Assembly (NCBI GenBank): GCA_963611685.1
Contig: CAVDSU010000001.1
Coordinates: 33,629-95,234, forward strand
Direction: 5' to 3'
From: a bacterium
GTDB taxonomy: Bacteria; Verrucomicrobiota; Lentisphaeria; Oligosphaerales; Oligosphaeraceae
Length of the DNA stretch: 61,606 nt
Numbering within the stretch: position 1 is the first letter of the stretch; the number at the start of each line of letters is the position of its first letter. The notes under the pieces are model-generated. The model ran no database searches. It was not told the DNA's origin and saw only the letters and a program-made list of their open reading frames with translations. Both the position numbers and the translations under genes were made by a program. Positions 27,627-38,856 of this stretch are shown here, piece by piece.

Positions 27627-28589
27627 CTAGCGGTCCTTCTGGAGGGAGTCCAGGGCGTCGGGCGTCAGCAGATTGAAGGGGGCGGTGGTGGTGTCCAGAA
27701 TCAGGGTGTCCTTCTCCCCGAGAGCGCCCTTCAGCGCATCCAAATTCCGCAGGAAGCTGGCCAGCTCGGGATTCTGGGCGAAGACGCGGTAGGCCTCGGC
27801 GGCCTGGGCATCGCCCTCGCCGCGGATCTTCGTGGCCTCGGCCTGCGCCTTGGAGAGCATCTTCTGGGCCTGGGTGTTGGCGTCATTGCGGATCTTCTCG
27901 GCCTCGGCCTGGCCCTCCACCTCGAAGCGGCGGGCCTTCGCCTCACGCTCGGAAACCATGGCAGCGAAGATGTTCTGGGTCACGGCAGCGGGGAAGCCCA
28001 GCTGGCGGAAGCCAATGCGCACGATGTCAACGCCGAACTTCTCCAGGACGCTGTCGTGGATGGCGTCGCGCATCTCGTCCTCGATCTTCTCCAAGACGCT
28101 GACGCCGTCCTGTTCGGAGACCATCTCGGAGAAGGCATAGCGGGAGATGACCGCGGAGCGGGCGCCGCGGACCTCGTCGGAGATCTTGCGCTCGGCGGCT
28201 TCGGTGGAATCCAGGGAGCGGAGGAATTGGACGGGGTCACCCACCTTCCAAAGCACATAGGTGGAAATCACGATCTGCTGGTTGTCGCGAGTCATATACT
28301 GTTCGTCGTGCCCCACGGCCAGCTCATAGCACTGGATGCGCTTGTCGTGGCGCCAAATGGAGTTCACGAAGGGCCAGCGGAAATGCAGGCCGCTCTTGTA
28401 CTCCACCAGCTCGCCGGAGTAGGTTTTCAGCAGGGCGTATTCGGTCTCCTTCACCTGGAAGGTGACCATGACCACCAGGAAGACGGCCACCACCACCAGG
28501 GCCAGCAACACCACGGGCCAGTGGCGGGCAACATTCTTCTTCTTCGTCTCTTCTTTCATCGTGTTATCCTGTAGGGAGTTTGAAGTCAT
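27627..28589 (-). CDS. hflC: SPFH/band-7 protein, HflC-like
   Basis: N-terminal TM. SPFH core. HflC-type C-terminus (AAMVSEREAKARRFEVEGQAEAEKIRNDA...RGEGDAQAAEAYRVFAQNPELASFLRNLDAL). Confidence 0.75.
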   Translation of the reverse strand: MTSNSLQDNTMKEETKKKNVARHWPVVLLALVVVAVFLVVMVTFQVKETEYALLKTYSGELVEYKSGLHFRWPFVNSIWRHDKRIQCYELAVGHDEQYMTRDNQQIVISTYVLWKVGDPVQFLRSLDSTEAAERKISDEVRGARSAVISRYAFSEMVSEQDGVSVLEKIEDEMRDAIHDSVLEKFGVDIVRIGFRQLGFPAAVTQNIFAAMVSEREAKARRFEVEGQAEAEKIRNDANTQAQKMLSKAQAEATKIRGEGDAQAAEAYRVFAQNPELASFLRNLDALKGALGEKDTLILDTTTAPFNLLTPDALDSLQKDR

Positions 28590-28634
28590 ATTCGGAAAGG
28601 GAATGGGGAAAGCGTGCGTAGGAGAAGGGCGCTG

Positions 28635-30599
28635 CTATTGCGGGAGGCTCAAGTCGAGCATTCCGCTCTTGACCTTCTTCTCAAGATTCAGCCAGAAGAC
28701 CTGCTGGTCGGAGTTGCCCGTGACCACGTACTTCCGGACTGCGGAGCCCTCCCGGAGGAAGACATCGTAGTAGCTGTTCAGCATATACTGCCGGGGCGCC
28801 GCCTTGTAGCAGAGCAACTGTCCGCTGTAGCGCTGGGCGTCGGCCTGGGCGGCCACCACCTGGGTCTCCTTGTAGGCCTGGGCGCCACTGAGGATCTGCT
28901 GGCTCATGGCCTCGGAAATCACGCGGTTGCTGTTGGCCACCGTCTCGGCATCCTGCACCATGCGCTTCCGATCCACGGTCGCGGAGGTGATTCGGTCAAA
29001 GGACTGTCCGACGCCGAAGGGCGGATGGATGCCCGTCAGTGCCACGAAGACGATCTCCACGCCAAGTTCCAGATCGTCGGAGGCCTTCTGGATGCGCTCC
29101 TTGAGCACCTCCATGGCCTTGCCACGGCCGGCGCCCAGCAGATCGCCCCAGTCGCACTGGATGAAGTAGAGCAACAGCTCGCGCTGGGCAAGATTCTTGA
29201 GGATCTCGGTGGTCTGGCGATTCTGGTAGGCGTACTCATAGAGGTCCTTCACGCGGAAGAAGAGAGGGATATGGGCGCTGAAGAGTCCCACGCCATACTG
29301 CCCGAGCTGGCTGCCGTTGATCTGGACTTCCAGGTCAATGTTGCCCACATTGCGGGCGCCAACGAGGAAATGCCCCTCGTCAGCATGGTCCTCCTCGACG
29401 GTCCAGAGGATCACCGCCTCATTCTTCTCGTGCTTCTTGCCACCATGGGAATGGCCGTGACCGTCGTCCTCCTCCTCGTCCTTAGCGGACATGGCTTCCT
29501 TCTCGTCCTCGTTATGGCCGCCGATGGTAAGCTCCTGGACCTTGTCGGAGGAGAAGCGATAGACGGTCTCGAAGGGATAGGGGAGCTTGAAGTAGACGCC
29601 GGGTCCCATGGGCTCTGCGGAGACGACCCGTCCGAAGCGCTCGCGCATGGCGGTCTCGGAGGAGTCCACCACCACGATGCAGGTCATGAGCCAAAAGGCC
29701 AGGACCATGACCATGAAGAGGGGAACAATGGTGCGCTCCAGGAAATGGTAGAACCAGGCGTCGGAGACGCGGAATCCGAACTGGTAGTCCAGGGACTTTG
29801 CCACATTCCGTGCCATGCTCCCGGGCTCGGTGAAGAAGGAGAGCAGGCGGCTTTCGGGCAGAGGGCGCTCCTCCTCATTGGGCATTCGGGGACGATAGAA
29901 TTCAATAACAAAGGAAAGGATCATCTCCACCGCCAGGACTCCCAAGACCACCAGCCCCAATTTGGTAAGGGAGCGATCCAGGCTCTCCTGGAAGCGGTTG
30001 AAGTGCCGGCTGAAGTAGATGACGCTCCCCAGCAGGAAGAAGAATCCGGTGAGGAGAAGCCATGCGGCAGCGGGGCGAATCCAGCGGCATCCCGGCTCCC
30101 GGGAGACGCCAATAAAGAAGCTCCCGGCCACCAGGGTGGCAATGCAGCAGCAGAATGCCAGAATGGCCAGAGAGAGGGGGTTCTGGACGACATACTGGTA
30201 GTCCAGATAGCGCAGGGCATTCCAGCGATTGAGCACCATCACGCCCAGCGCCACGCCCATGCCGACGGTCGCCGCGGGGATGAAATACTTGGTGAACTGG
30301 TGATTGGAGCGCGTGGCCAGACGGACCGCCTCGTCGGCGTCGCCAAAGAGGTCGGTGGCGCCATGCTGGCGATGATACTCCACGGCATCCCGCTCCTCCT
30401 GGCGCTGCCGGCGCTCGAAGATGGTTCGGCCGGCAGCCAAGAGCCCCAGCAGGGCGGTGACCACGGCAGCGATGCAGGCGGGCGTCATGGCCTTCGCGTG
30501 GCCGGACTGGGCTAGGAAAAGCCCCACCGCCAGAAAAACAATGCCGCCACCCATGACGGCAAGGGATAGATTCCGGGGACGATAGCTGATTTCTTTCAT
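28635..30599 (-). CDS. polytopic membrane domain fused to an HflK-like SPFH domain with a His/acidic-rich insert
   Basis: About 300 N-terminal aa with roughly 6-7 hydrophobic helices. SPFH domain follows (ETAMRERFGRVVSAEPMGPGVYFKLPYPFETV), interrupted by GGHNEDEKEAMSAKDEEEDDGHGHSHGGKKHEKNE (29418-29519). HflK-like C-terminal region. Confidence 0.75.
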   Translation of the reverse strand: MKEISYRPRNLSLAVMGGGIVFLAVGLFLAQSGHAKAMTPACIAAVVTALLGLLAAGRTIFERRQRQEERDAVEYHRQHGATDLFGDADEAVRLATRSNHQFTKYFIPAATVGMGVALGVMVLNRWNALRYLDYQYVVQNPLSLAILAFCCCIATLVAGSFFIGVSREPGCRWIRPAAAWLLLTGFFFLLGSVIYFSRHFNRFQESLDRSLTKLGLVVLGVLAVEMILSFVIEFYRPRMPNEEERPLPESRLLSFFTEPGSMARNVAKSLDYQFGFRVSDAWFYHFLERTIVPLFMVMVLAFWLMTCIVVVDSSETAMRERFGRVVSAEPMGPGVYFKLPYPFETVYRFSSDKVQELTIGGHNEDEKEAMSAKDEEEDDGHGHSHGGKKHEKNEAVILWTVEEDHADEGHFLVGARNVGNIDLEVQINGSQLGQYGVGLFSAHIPLFFRVKDLYEYAYQNRQTTEILKNLAQRELLLYFIQCDWGDLLGAGRGKAMEVLKERIQKASDDLELGVEIVFVALTGIHPPFGVGQSFDRITSATVDRKRMVQDAETVANSNRVISEAMSQQILSGAQAYKETQVVAAQADAQRYSGQLLCYKAAPRQYMLNSYYDVFLREGSAVRKYVVTGNSDQQVFWLNLEKKVKSGMLDLSLPQ

Positions 30600-30768
30600 G
30601 GAAACAGTATGCGGCGCTACAAAGTCAAGTACTAGGGAAAGGCAAAACGGAATTCTCTAATATATCCCTATTTTCCGCCAACGGCAGATTCGCCTGCGCT
30701 CCTGCGTTTCTTCCGACCGCATTTTGCGGATGGGGCGCCCTCCCCCGCCACCAAGGCTTCCAGACACG

Positions 30769-30809
30769 AAAAAGCCCCTCCCCCGTCAGAGGTTGACGGG
30801 AAAGGGGCT
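30769..30809 (-). terminator. rho-independent terminator after groEL
   Basis: Minus strand: AGCCCCT..CCCGTCA-ACCTC-TGACGGG..AGGGGCT followed by TTTT(T), 29 nt after the groEL stop. Confidence 0.7.
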
Positions 30810-30837
30810 CGCGCAGTTCCGAGAGGAACCTACGGCA

Positions 30838-32475
<1,638 letters not shown>

Positions 32476-32586
32476 AGTAAGAAACTCCTTGTTAAATGCT
32501 TGAAAACGGGGAATCGGCCAGGAGGGGCGGCCTCATTGTTGGACGCCCCATTCTTGCCGAGGGAGAAAAGAAAACGAACCGCGGGG

Positions 32587-32877
32587 TTACTCCACGACGG
32601 CCAGGATATCGGAGCTGGACAGGATCTTGTAGGTCTTGTCGTCGATCTTGATCTCGGTGCCACCGTACTTGCTGGTGAGCACGAACTCGCCGACCTTGAC
32701 CTCCATGGGGATCAGCTTGCCATTCTCGTCGCGGCGGCCAGGGCCCACGGAGATGACCTTCGCCTTCAGGGGCTTCTCACGAGCGGTGTCGGGCAGGTAG
32801 ATGCCGCCCTTCTGCTCCACGGTCTCTTCGACGGGCTCGACGAAGACGCGGTCACCTAACGGTCTGATAGTAGACAT
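32587..32877 (-). CDS. groS: co-chaperonin GroES
   Basis: Track ORF 32587..32961 trimmed to ATG 32877. MSTIRPLGDRVFVEPVEETVEQKGGIYLPDTAREKP... Confidence 0.95.
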   Translation of the reverse strand: MSTIRPLGDRVFVEPVEETVEQKGGIYLPDTAREKPLKAKVISVGPGRRDENGKLIPMEVKVGEFVLTSKYGGTEIKIDDKTYKILSSSDILAVVE

Positions 32878-33003
32878 GGTTGATTTCCTCTGTTGTTTAT
32901 GGATTTGTGGTGGTGGGAGCCGAAGGGCGCCCCCTGAGGGACGCCCTCCGGCCTGTTGCATTCGTTAGCGCGGGAAATGCCTTCTTGGAAAAGAGAGACG
33001 GCC

Positions 33004-34953
33004 TTAGTCCTTGTGGTACTCGGCATCAAAGACATTGCCGTTGTCGCCGCCGTTGTTGCCATTGCCGCCGTTGTTGCCGGGGTTCTGGTCACCGGGGTTC
33101 GGCCCGGCCTGCTGAGCGCCAGCGCCTCCCTGGGGGTTCACGTTCTTGTAGAGCTCCTGGGCGAAAGCGTGCATCTCCTTCTCCATGTCGGCCATGATGG
33201 CCTTCATCTGGTCGGTGTCGTCTGCCTTCACGGCGTCCTTCAGCTTGGCGATGGCGCCCTCCAGCTTGGACTTGATCTCGGCGGGGACCTTGTCGCCATT
33301 CTCCTGGAGCTGCTTCTCCGTCTGGTAGATGACCGACTCGGCCTGATTCTTGGTGTCGACCTTTTCGCGCTGGCGCTTGTCTTCCTCGGCGTGGAGCTCG
33401 GCGTCGTGGACCATCTGCTGGATCTGCTCCTCGGAGAGTCCGCTGGAGCTGGTGATGGTGACCTTCTGCTCCTTGCCGGTTCCCAGATCCTTGGCGGAGA
33501 CCTTCAACAAGCCATTGGCATCGATATCGAAGGTGACCTCGATCTGCGGGACGCCCTTGGGAGCGCTGGGAATGCCATCCAAGCGGAAGCTCCCGATCTC
33601 CTTGTTGTCGGCGGCCATGGGTCGCTCGCCCTGCAACACCCGGATCTCAACGGAAGGCTGGTTGTCGCTGGCAGTGGAAAAGATCTCGCTCTTCTTGACG
33701 GGGATGGTGGTATTCCGGGCGATCAGCTTGGTGCAGACGCCGCCCAGGGTCTCGATGCCCAGGGAAAGAGGCGTCACATCGAGCAGCAGCACATCGCTGA
33801 CCTCGCCGCGGAGCACGCCGCCCTGGATGGCGGCGCCGATGGCCACGCATTCGTCGGGATTCACGCTCTTGTTGGGAGTGCGGCCGAAGATGTCGGAAGC
33901 CGTCTTGTTCACCAGGGGCATACGGCTCATGCCGCCGACCATGACCACCTCGTTGATCTGGCTGCTGGAGAGCTTGGCGTCCCGCAGGCAGTTCTGGCAA
34001 GGAGTCAGAGTGCGAGAGCAGAGGCCATCCGTGAGCTGCTCCAGCTTGGCGCGGCTCAGAGTGACCTGCAAGTGCTTGGGATCATTGTTGACGCTGGCGA
34101 TGAAGGGCAGGTTGATCTCCGTGTTCATGGCGCTGGAGAGCTCGCACTTTGCCTTCTCTGCAGCCTCCTTCAGACGCTGGAAGCCCACGGGCTCCTTCTT
34201 CAGGTCAACGCCATTGGCTGCCTTGAAGTCGTCTGCCAGCCAATCGATGATCGCTGCATCGAAGTCATCGCCGCCCAGATGGGTATCGCCGTTGGTGGCC
34301 ATGACCTCGCAGGTGCCCTCGCCCAGATCCAGGATAGAAATATCGAAGGTGCCGCCGCCCAAGTCGTACACTGCGATCTTCTCGTCCTTCTTCTTGTCCA
34401 TGCCGTAGGCCAGAGAGGCCGCGGTCGGCTCGTTGATAATCCGTCGCACATTCATGCCGGCGATGCGTCCCGCATCACGGGTAGCCTGACGCTGGCGGTC
34501 ATTGAAGTAAGCGGGGACGGTGATAACGACATCGGAGATGGTCTCCCCCAGGAAGGCCTCGGCATCCTGCTTCAGCTTCTGCAGGATCATGGCGGAGATT
34601 TCAGGAGGAGTATAGGTCTTGTCGCCCACCTGGACCGCTGCGTCGCCATTGGGAGAGGCAACGACCTTGAAGGGGACGCGGGCCACGTCGTCCTGGCACT
34701 CGTCCAGACGACGCCCCATGAAACGCTTGATGGAGTAGATGGTGCCAGTGGGGTTGGCCACTGCCTGACGCTTGGCCTGCTCGCCGACCAGACGCTCGCC
34801 ATTCTTCGTGAAGGCCACCACAGAGGGAGTGGTTCGATGACCCTCTGCATTGGGAATGACCTTCGCCTCAGAGCCGTCCATGACGGCCATGCAAGAATTC
34901 GTGGTGCCCAGGTCAATGCCCAGCACCTTTCCCGTGATCTTTTCTTTATCCAT
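33004..34953 (-). CDS. dnaK: molecular chaperone DnaK
   Basis: [17 protein letters not shown], substrate-binding domain and a Gly/Asn-rich tail. No grpE or dnaJ is adjacent. Confidence 0.97.
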   Translation of the reverse strand: MDKEKITGKVLGIDLGTTNSCMAVMDGSEAKVIPNAEGHRTTPSVVAFTKNGERLVGEQAKRQAVANPTGTIYSIKRFMGRRLDECQDDVARVPFKVVASPNGDAAVQVGDKTYTPPEISAMILQKLKQDAEAFLGETISDVVITVPAYFNDRQRQATRDAGRIAGMNVRRIINEPTAASLAYGMDKKKDEKIAVYDLGGGTFDISILDLGEGTCEVMATNGDTHLGGDDFDAAIIDWLADDFKAANGVDLKKEPVGFQRLKEAAEKAKCELSSAMNTEINLPFIASVNNDPKHLQVTLSRAKLEQLTDGLCSRTLTPCQNCLRDAKLSSSQINEVVMVGGMSRMPLVNKTASDIFGRTPNKSVNPDECVAIGAAIQGGVLRGEVSDVLLLDVTPLSLGIETLGGVCTKLIARNTTIPVKKSEIFSTASDNQPSVEIRVLQGERPMAADNKEIGSFRLDGIPSAPKGVPQIEVTFDIDANGLLKVSAKDLGTGKEQKVTITSSSGLSEEQIQQMVHDAELHAEEDKRQREKVDTKNQAESVIYQTEKQLQENGDKVPAEIKSKLEGAIAKLKDAVKADDTDQMKAIMADMEKEMHAFAQELYKNVNPQGGAGAQQAGPNPGDQNPGNNGGNGNNGGDNGNVFDAEYHKD

Positions 34954-34984
34954 AAATGTACCTCCTACAAGTAAGTGGTTTTTT

Positions 34985-35056
34985 CTGAAATCCTACGGTT
35001 CAAAAATCGGGCGCGCCGGATAGCAAGGAACGTGCCAGAGACACCTAGGATTTCAG
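34985..35056. promoter_or_regulatory. 11-bp inverted repeat pair (CTGAAATCCTA ... TAGGATTTCAG) in the dnaK upstream region
   Basis: Exact 11-mer at 34985-34995 and its reverse complement at 35046-35056, separated by 50 nt. It lies between the U32 gene terminator-like hairpin and the dnaK RBS. Confidence 0.3.
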
Positions 35057-35161
35057 GGTAAAAAAAGAGGGCGGATGCGACACCCTGTCACACCCGCCCC
35101 AGCCACTGCGACACCCGACACACCGGGGCTATTTCCGGTGCGCGGCCGCGGCCTTTTGGAA

Positions 35162-37624
35162 TCAGTGCAATTCCTGCCAGATTTCGTGGATTTTCCGAGG
35201 GGACCAGTCTCTCCAGCAGAAATCGGCGCGCAGGAGTTTTGCGCCCCGCGCCACCGCCTTGGCAGCCAGTCCCTCGCGCTGGAGGGGCTCCTTTCTCAGA
35301 TAGACGCTCTGGCAGTGGTCGTTGATCGCCAGGAGCTTTTCGCCGGCGCGGTTTTCCAGAGTCATCTCCCGGAAGTCGCACTGATCTCCATCGCAATGCC
35401 CCTTCAGGGAGACATTGGCGCACACTGCGGAGATTGCCAGAGCGGCATCCTGGAAGACGGGGACCTCGGCCACGCCGCCCAGGCGCTTCAGAAGCTCCAG
35501 GGTATTCTCCTGAGGATCGTCAATGGAGAGAGTCACCCGCTTCAGGCCCACTTCCTCCAGCAGATAGCGGGCGGCGGAGGCGTTATGGACATACAGGGGC
35601 CAATCCGCAGTGATGGAGGTATTCTGGGGAGTGACACTGACCTCGGCCAGACAAGGAAGCGCGCCCAGATTGGCGATCTGCCACTTGCGATAGCCCGCCA
35701 CGAAGAGCCTGCGGAGGATTCCCCGCCATTTATGGAGGCCGGTGTCGCGCTGAATCACGGGAAGCGCCAGGCGGATCCGGTCCCTGCCCACGCGCTGGGC
35801 GAGGAACTCCACCTGGGACTCCATTTCGGCGTCGTCGAGGCGACCGAGATCGAAGATCACCTCCTGCACATCCTCCAGGTCCTTTGCCGTAAAAAGGTTG
35901 AGGGAGAATGCCTTGTCCACCTTCAAAATCCAGCTGGGGCGTTCGGGCACATCCGTGGCCGCCGCCTTTGCAGGCGCCCAATCCCTCTCCGCCTCCAGGA
36001 TGCGCACCTGCTCCTGGTCGCACTCCTGCGCCATCATCTCGGCGACCTGCTGAGCGCATCGGCGCCGCAGGTCATTGAGGAGAGAGACGGGGACGAAGAG
36101 CTTGTCGGGATTGGAGACCTGCAAGTCCGCCAGCCGGAAAGGCGTATCTCCCAGCTTGGCGAACGCGCGGCGTGCGTCCTCCTCCAGCTGTTCGGCAGAG
36201 CGGCTGGCGCTGCTCTTGAGGGGCTCCTCCAGGTCCATGGCAGTGACCACATCGGGGAGTTCCCGGACGCCCAGCGTGGGCTGCGCCACGGCCTCCAGGC
36301 GGTTCTTCGCCACCCGGAGCTCCACATAGAGGGGATAGCGGCTGCGCACCAAGTCAGGACGCAGAGATGGCCACTCGTAGCGACGCTTCACCGCCTGGCT
36401 GGAAGTGCAGAAGACGGGCACTCCCTCGGGAATCTCGGGATGATCCTCCGGAAGCGGCACTTGGATGGTGCTGCCATCCTCGGCCACAAAGACATTCTCC
36501 CAGGTCTCGCTGCCGCCCTGGGGGAAGAGCCGGATCTCGTCCACGGGGAAGCCGTAGGGTCGGCTGCGGTCCGCGAGCTCCACCTGGAGTCCGTCGTGAC
36601 GTTCCAGAGGCTGTCCCATGAGCTGGAAGCGGAGCCAATCGCGGCCCTCCTCATCGCGAACGACCTCCTGTGCCACGCCGACCGGGAATCCCCGGGGACC
36701 GGTCTCCTGGATATCCGTGACTCCTGCGGGATGTTCGGAGCTATAGCAGAAGCGGGTCCATGGGCGGCTGAAGATGGTCCGGATATCCTGTTCGCACTGC
36801 CGTTTCTGGCCGGGCTCGAAGTCCCCGTCCAGCAAGTGTCGGTAATAATTCGTGACGGCGGCCACATAGAGCGGGGTCTTCTTGCGCCCCTCCAGCTTCA
36901 CGGAGGCCACGCCAAGCTCCTGGAGAGTCTGGACGGTATCCCCCAGCGCCAGGTCCTTCATGGAGAGCAGATGGCATCCCTCGGAGAGGGTCTCGCCATC
37001 CTCTCCCTCCACCGACCAGCAGTTGCGGCACACGTAGGAGCAGTCGCCCCGATTGCCGCTATGATCGTGGAGGACGCTGGAGAGCAAGCAGAGCCCGCTG
37101 TATCCGTAGCACAGCGCGCCGTGGGCAAAGACCTCCAGCTCGATATTGGGCACTGCGGCCATCTGCGCCAGCTCCGGCTCGGTGACCTCGCGTGCGGCGA
37201 TGACGCGGTCGAATCCCAGGTCGCGGCACTCCACCATTCCGGCCACATTGTGGATCGCCAGCTGCGTAGAGGCATGGAGGGGCATTTCGGGAAGGTAGGT
37301 CTTCACCAAGTGGGCGACGCCCAGGTCCTGGACAATGAGGGCATCCACGCCAAGATCCCGCAGGCGCAGGAGCATGGGCACCACCTGGGGGATCTCCTCC
37401 TGGCGCAAAAGGGTATTGATCGCCACGTAGACCTTCCGGGGATGCTCCCGGTCATCATGGGCCACGCCCAGCAACACCTCCAGGTCCTCCATGGTGAAGT
37501 TCTCCGCATCCGCGCGGGCGGAGAATTGCTTGAGTCCCACATAGACCGCATCGGCGCCATAGTGGAAAGCGGCCACGGCGGTTTCTAGATTACCGGCAGG
37601 AGAGAGGAGTTCCATAGATTCCAA
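35162..37624 (-). CDS. U32-family peptidase, long form with C-terminal extension
   Basis: N-terminus ELLSPAGNLETAVAAFHYGADAVYVG and downstream U32 blocks (E..HGALCYGYSGLCLLSS). At ~820 aa it has the long form's additional C-terminal domains. Confidence 0.85.
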   Translation of the reverse strand: MESMELLSPAGNLETAVAAFHYGADAVYVGLKQFSARADAENFTMEDLEVLLGVAHDDREHPRKVYVAINTLLRQEEIPQVVPMLLRLRDLGVDALIVQDLGVAHLVKTYLPEMPLHASTQLAIHNVAGMVECRDLGFDRVIAAREVTEPELAQMAAVPNIELEVFAHGALCYGYSGLCLLSSVLHDHSGNRGDCSYVCRNCWSVEGEDGETLSEGCHLLSMKDLALGDTVQTLQELGVASVKLEGRKKTPLYVAAVTNYYRHLLDGDFEPGQKRQCEQDIRTIFSRPWTRFCYSSEHPAGVTDIQETGPRGFPVGVAQEVVRDEEGRDWLRFQLMGQPLERHDGLQVELADRSRPYGFPVDEIRLFPQGGSETWENVFVAEDGSTIQVPLPEDHPEIPEGVPVFCTSSQAVKRRYEWPSLRPDLVRSRYPLYVELRVAKNRLEAVAQPTLGVRELPDVVTAMDLEEPLKSSASRSAEQLEEDARRAFAKLGDTPFRLADLQVSNPDKLFVPVSLLNDLRRRCAQQVAEMMAQECDQEQVRILEAERDWAPAKAAATDVPERPSWILKVDKAFSLNLFTAKDLEDVQEVIFDLGRLDDAEMESQVEFLAQRVGRDRIRLALPVIQRDTGLHKWRGILRRLFVAGYRKWQIANLGALPCLAEVSVTPQNTSITADWPLYVHNASAARYLLEEVGLKRVTLSIDDPQENTLELLKRLGGVAEVPVFQDAALAISAVCANVSLKGHCDGDQCDFREMTLENRAGEKLLAINDHCQSVYLRKEPLQREGLAAKAVARGAKLLRADFCWRDWSPRKIHEIWQELH

Positions 37625-37707
37625 GTAGGTGCTGTGCCCCGTCCCCAGAAGGATGGCGTGGGCGAAGAAAGGAAGGCAGTTTTGAAAGAGAGTCGAGGCG
37701 AGAGGCG

Positions 37708-38853
37708 CTACCGCAGGACCAGGTAGTCCTTGTGGACGGCCTCGGGGGAGTCCACGGCGTGTCCCAGCAGTTCGGCCAGCTGGGAGCTCTTGGCGCCGCA
37801 GATGCGCAGCAGCTCGTCGCTGGAGAAATTCGCAATGCCGCGGGCGATCTCGCGGCGGGTGCCATCCAGGATCTGGACGGGGTCGCCCTTGCGGAAGACT
37901 CCGGAGACGCCCAGCACGCCGCCGGGAAGGAGGCTCCGGTTTTCCTGAACGAGGGCCTTCACGGCGCCCTCATCCACCACCAGGCTCCCCATGGGCTCCG
38001 AGAAGAATGCCAGGAACCGCTGCCACGAGTGCATCCGGTTCCGGGAGACGCCCTGGCAGAAGAGGGTCCCGATATCCTCGCCCGCCATAAAGCGGCGGAG
38101 ATTTCCAAAATCCCATCCCTCCACAATGCCCATGGCGTGTCCGCCGCCAATGCAAATGGAAGCGGCGTGGAGTTTCGTGATCATGCCGCCAGTGGAATAG
38201 GGATTTCCGTCAGTGTTGCCCGCCATGGAGAGGATCCCCTCGTCCAAAGAGGTAACCACGCTGAAGCGCTCGCCATAGGAGCCGTCTTCCCGAGTCTTGT
38301 GGAAGGCGTCCACGGTGGTCAGCAAAACCGTGAGATCGGCATTCATCATGGTGGCGACCATGGCGGCGAGCGTGTCGTTGTCACCGATCTTGATCTGGTC
38401 CACGCAGACGGAGTCGTTCTCGTTGATGATGGGGAGGACGCCATCGTCCAGCAAAGCGCGGATGCATCCCGCCACACGCACATTCCGCTCCCGATCCCGC
38501 AGGTCGGCGGCGGTAAGCAGCAACTGTGCGCAGTGGGCGCCGAAGGCCTCGCAGGCATTCTCGTAGTGCCGCATGAGGTATCCCTGCCCCAGGGCGGAGA
38601 GCGCCTGGACGCGTGCCAAATCGGCGGGGCGGCGTTTCCGGCCTAGGATGGTCATTCCCAGGGGAATGGCGCCGCTGGTCACCAGAATCACCTCCATGCC
38701 CTTTTCCCGGAGCTCCATGAGCTCGCCAACCAAGGCGCGGCAACGCTCTTCGGGGGCCTCCCGAAGGAGCTTGCTGCCCACCTTCACCACGACGCGCTGG
38801 ACGCCCGAAAGCACCGTGCGCCGCAGACCATTGTCCTGCAGAAAGACCGCCAT
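37708..38853 (-). CDS. proB: glutamate 5-kinase with PUA domain
   Basis: VVVKVGSKLL..., an amino-acid kinase fold, and a C-terminal PUA-like segment (GDPVQILDGTRREIARGIANFSSDEL). The start lies 3 nt after the fabF stop. Confidence 0.9.
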   Translation of the reverse strand: MAVFLQDNGLRRTVLSGVQRVVVKVGSKLLREAPEERCRALVGELMELREKGMEVILVTSGAIPLGMTILGRKRRPADLARVQALSALGQGYLMRHYENACEAFGAHCAQLLLTAADLRDRERNVRVAGCIRALLDDGVLPIINENDSVCVDQIKIGDNDTLAAMVATMMNADLTVLLTTVDAFHKTREDGSYGERFSVVTSLDEGILSMAGNTDGNPYSTGGMITKLHAASICIGGGHAMGIVEGWDFGNLRRFMAGEDIGTLFCQGVSRNRMHSWQRFLAFFSEPMGSLVVDEGAVKALVQENRSLLPGGVLGVSGVFRKGDPVQILDGTRREIARGIANFSSDELLRICGAKSSQLAELLGHAVDSPEAVHKDYLVLR

Positions 38854-38856
38854 ATC

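Noticed and set aside
4061-30515. Other long antisense or alternative-frame ORFs (e.g. 4061-5773, 6807-7943, 13556-15580, 15749-17374, 17912-19861, 19578-21182, 22651-24282, 26472-28574, 28614-30515)
   Set aside because: Each overlaps a well-supported conserved gene on the other strand or frame, and each has non-protein-like, Arg/Gly/Pro/Ala-dominated composition.
32878-33003. Looked for a CIRCE/HrcA operator upstream of groES
   Set aside because: I found no TTAGCACTC or GAGTGCTAA half-sites. The only structure is a GC hairpin (AGGGCGCCC-CCTGA-GGGACGCCCT) that is better explained as the dnaK 3' hairpin.
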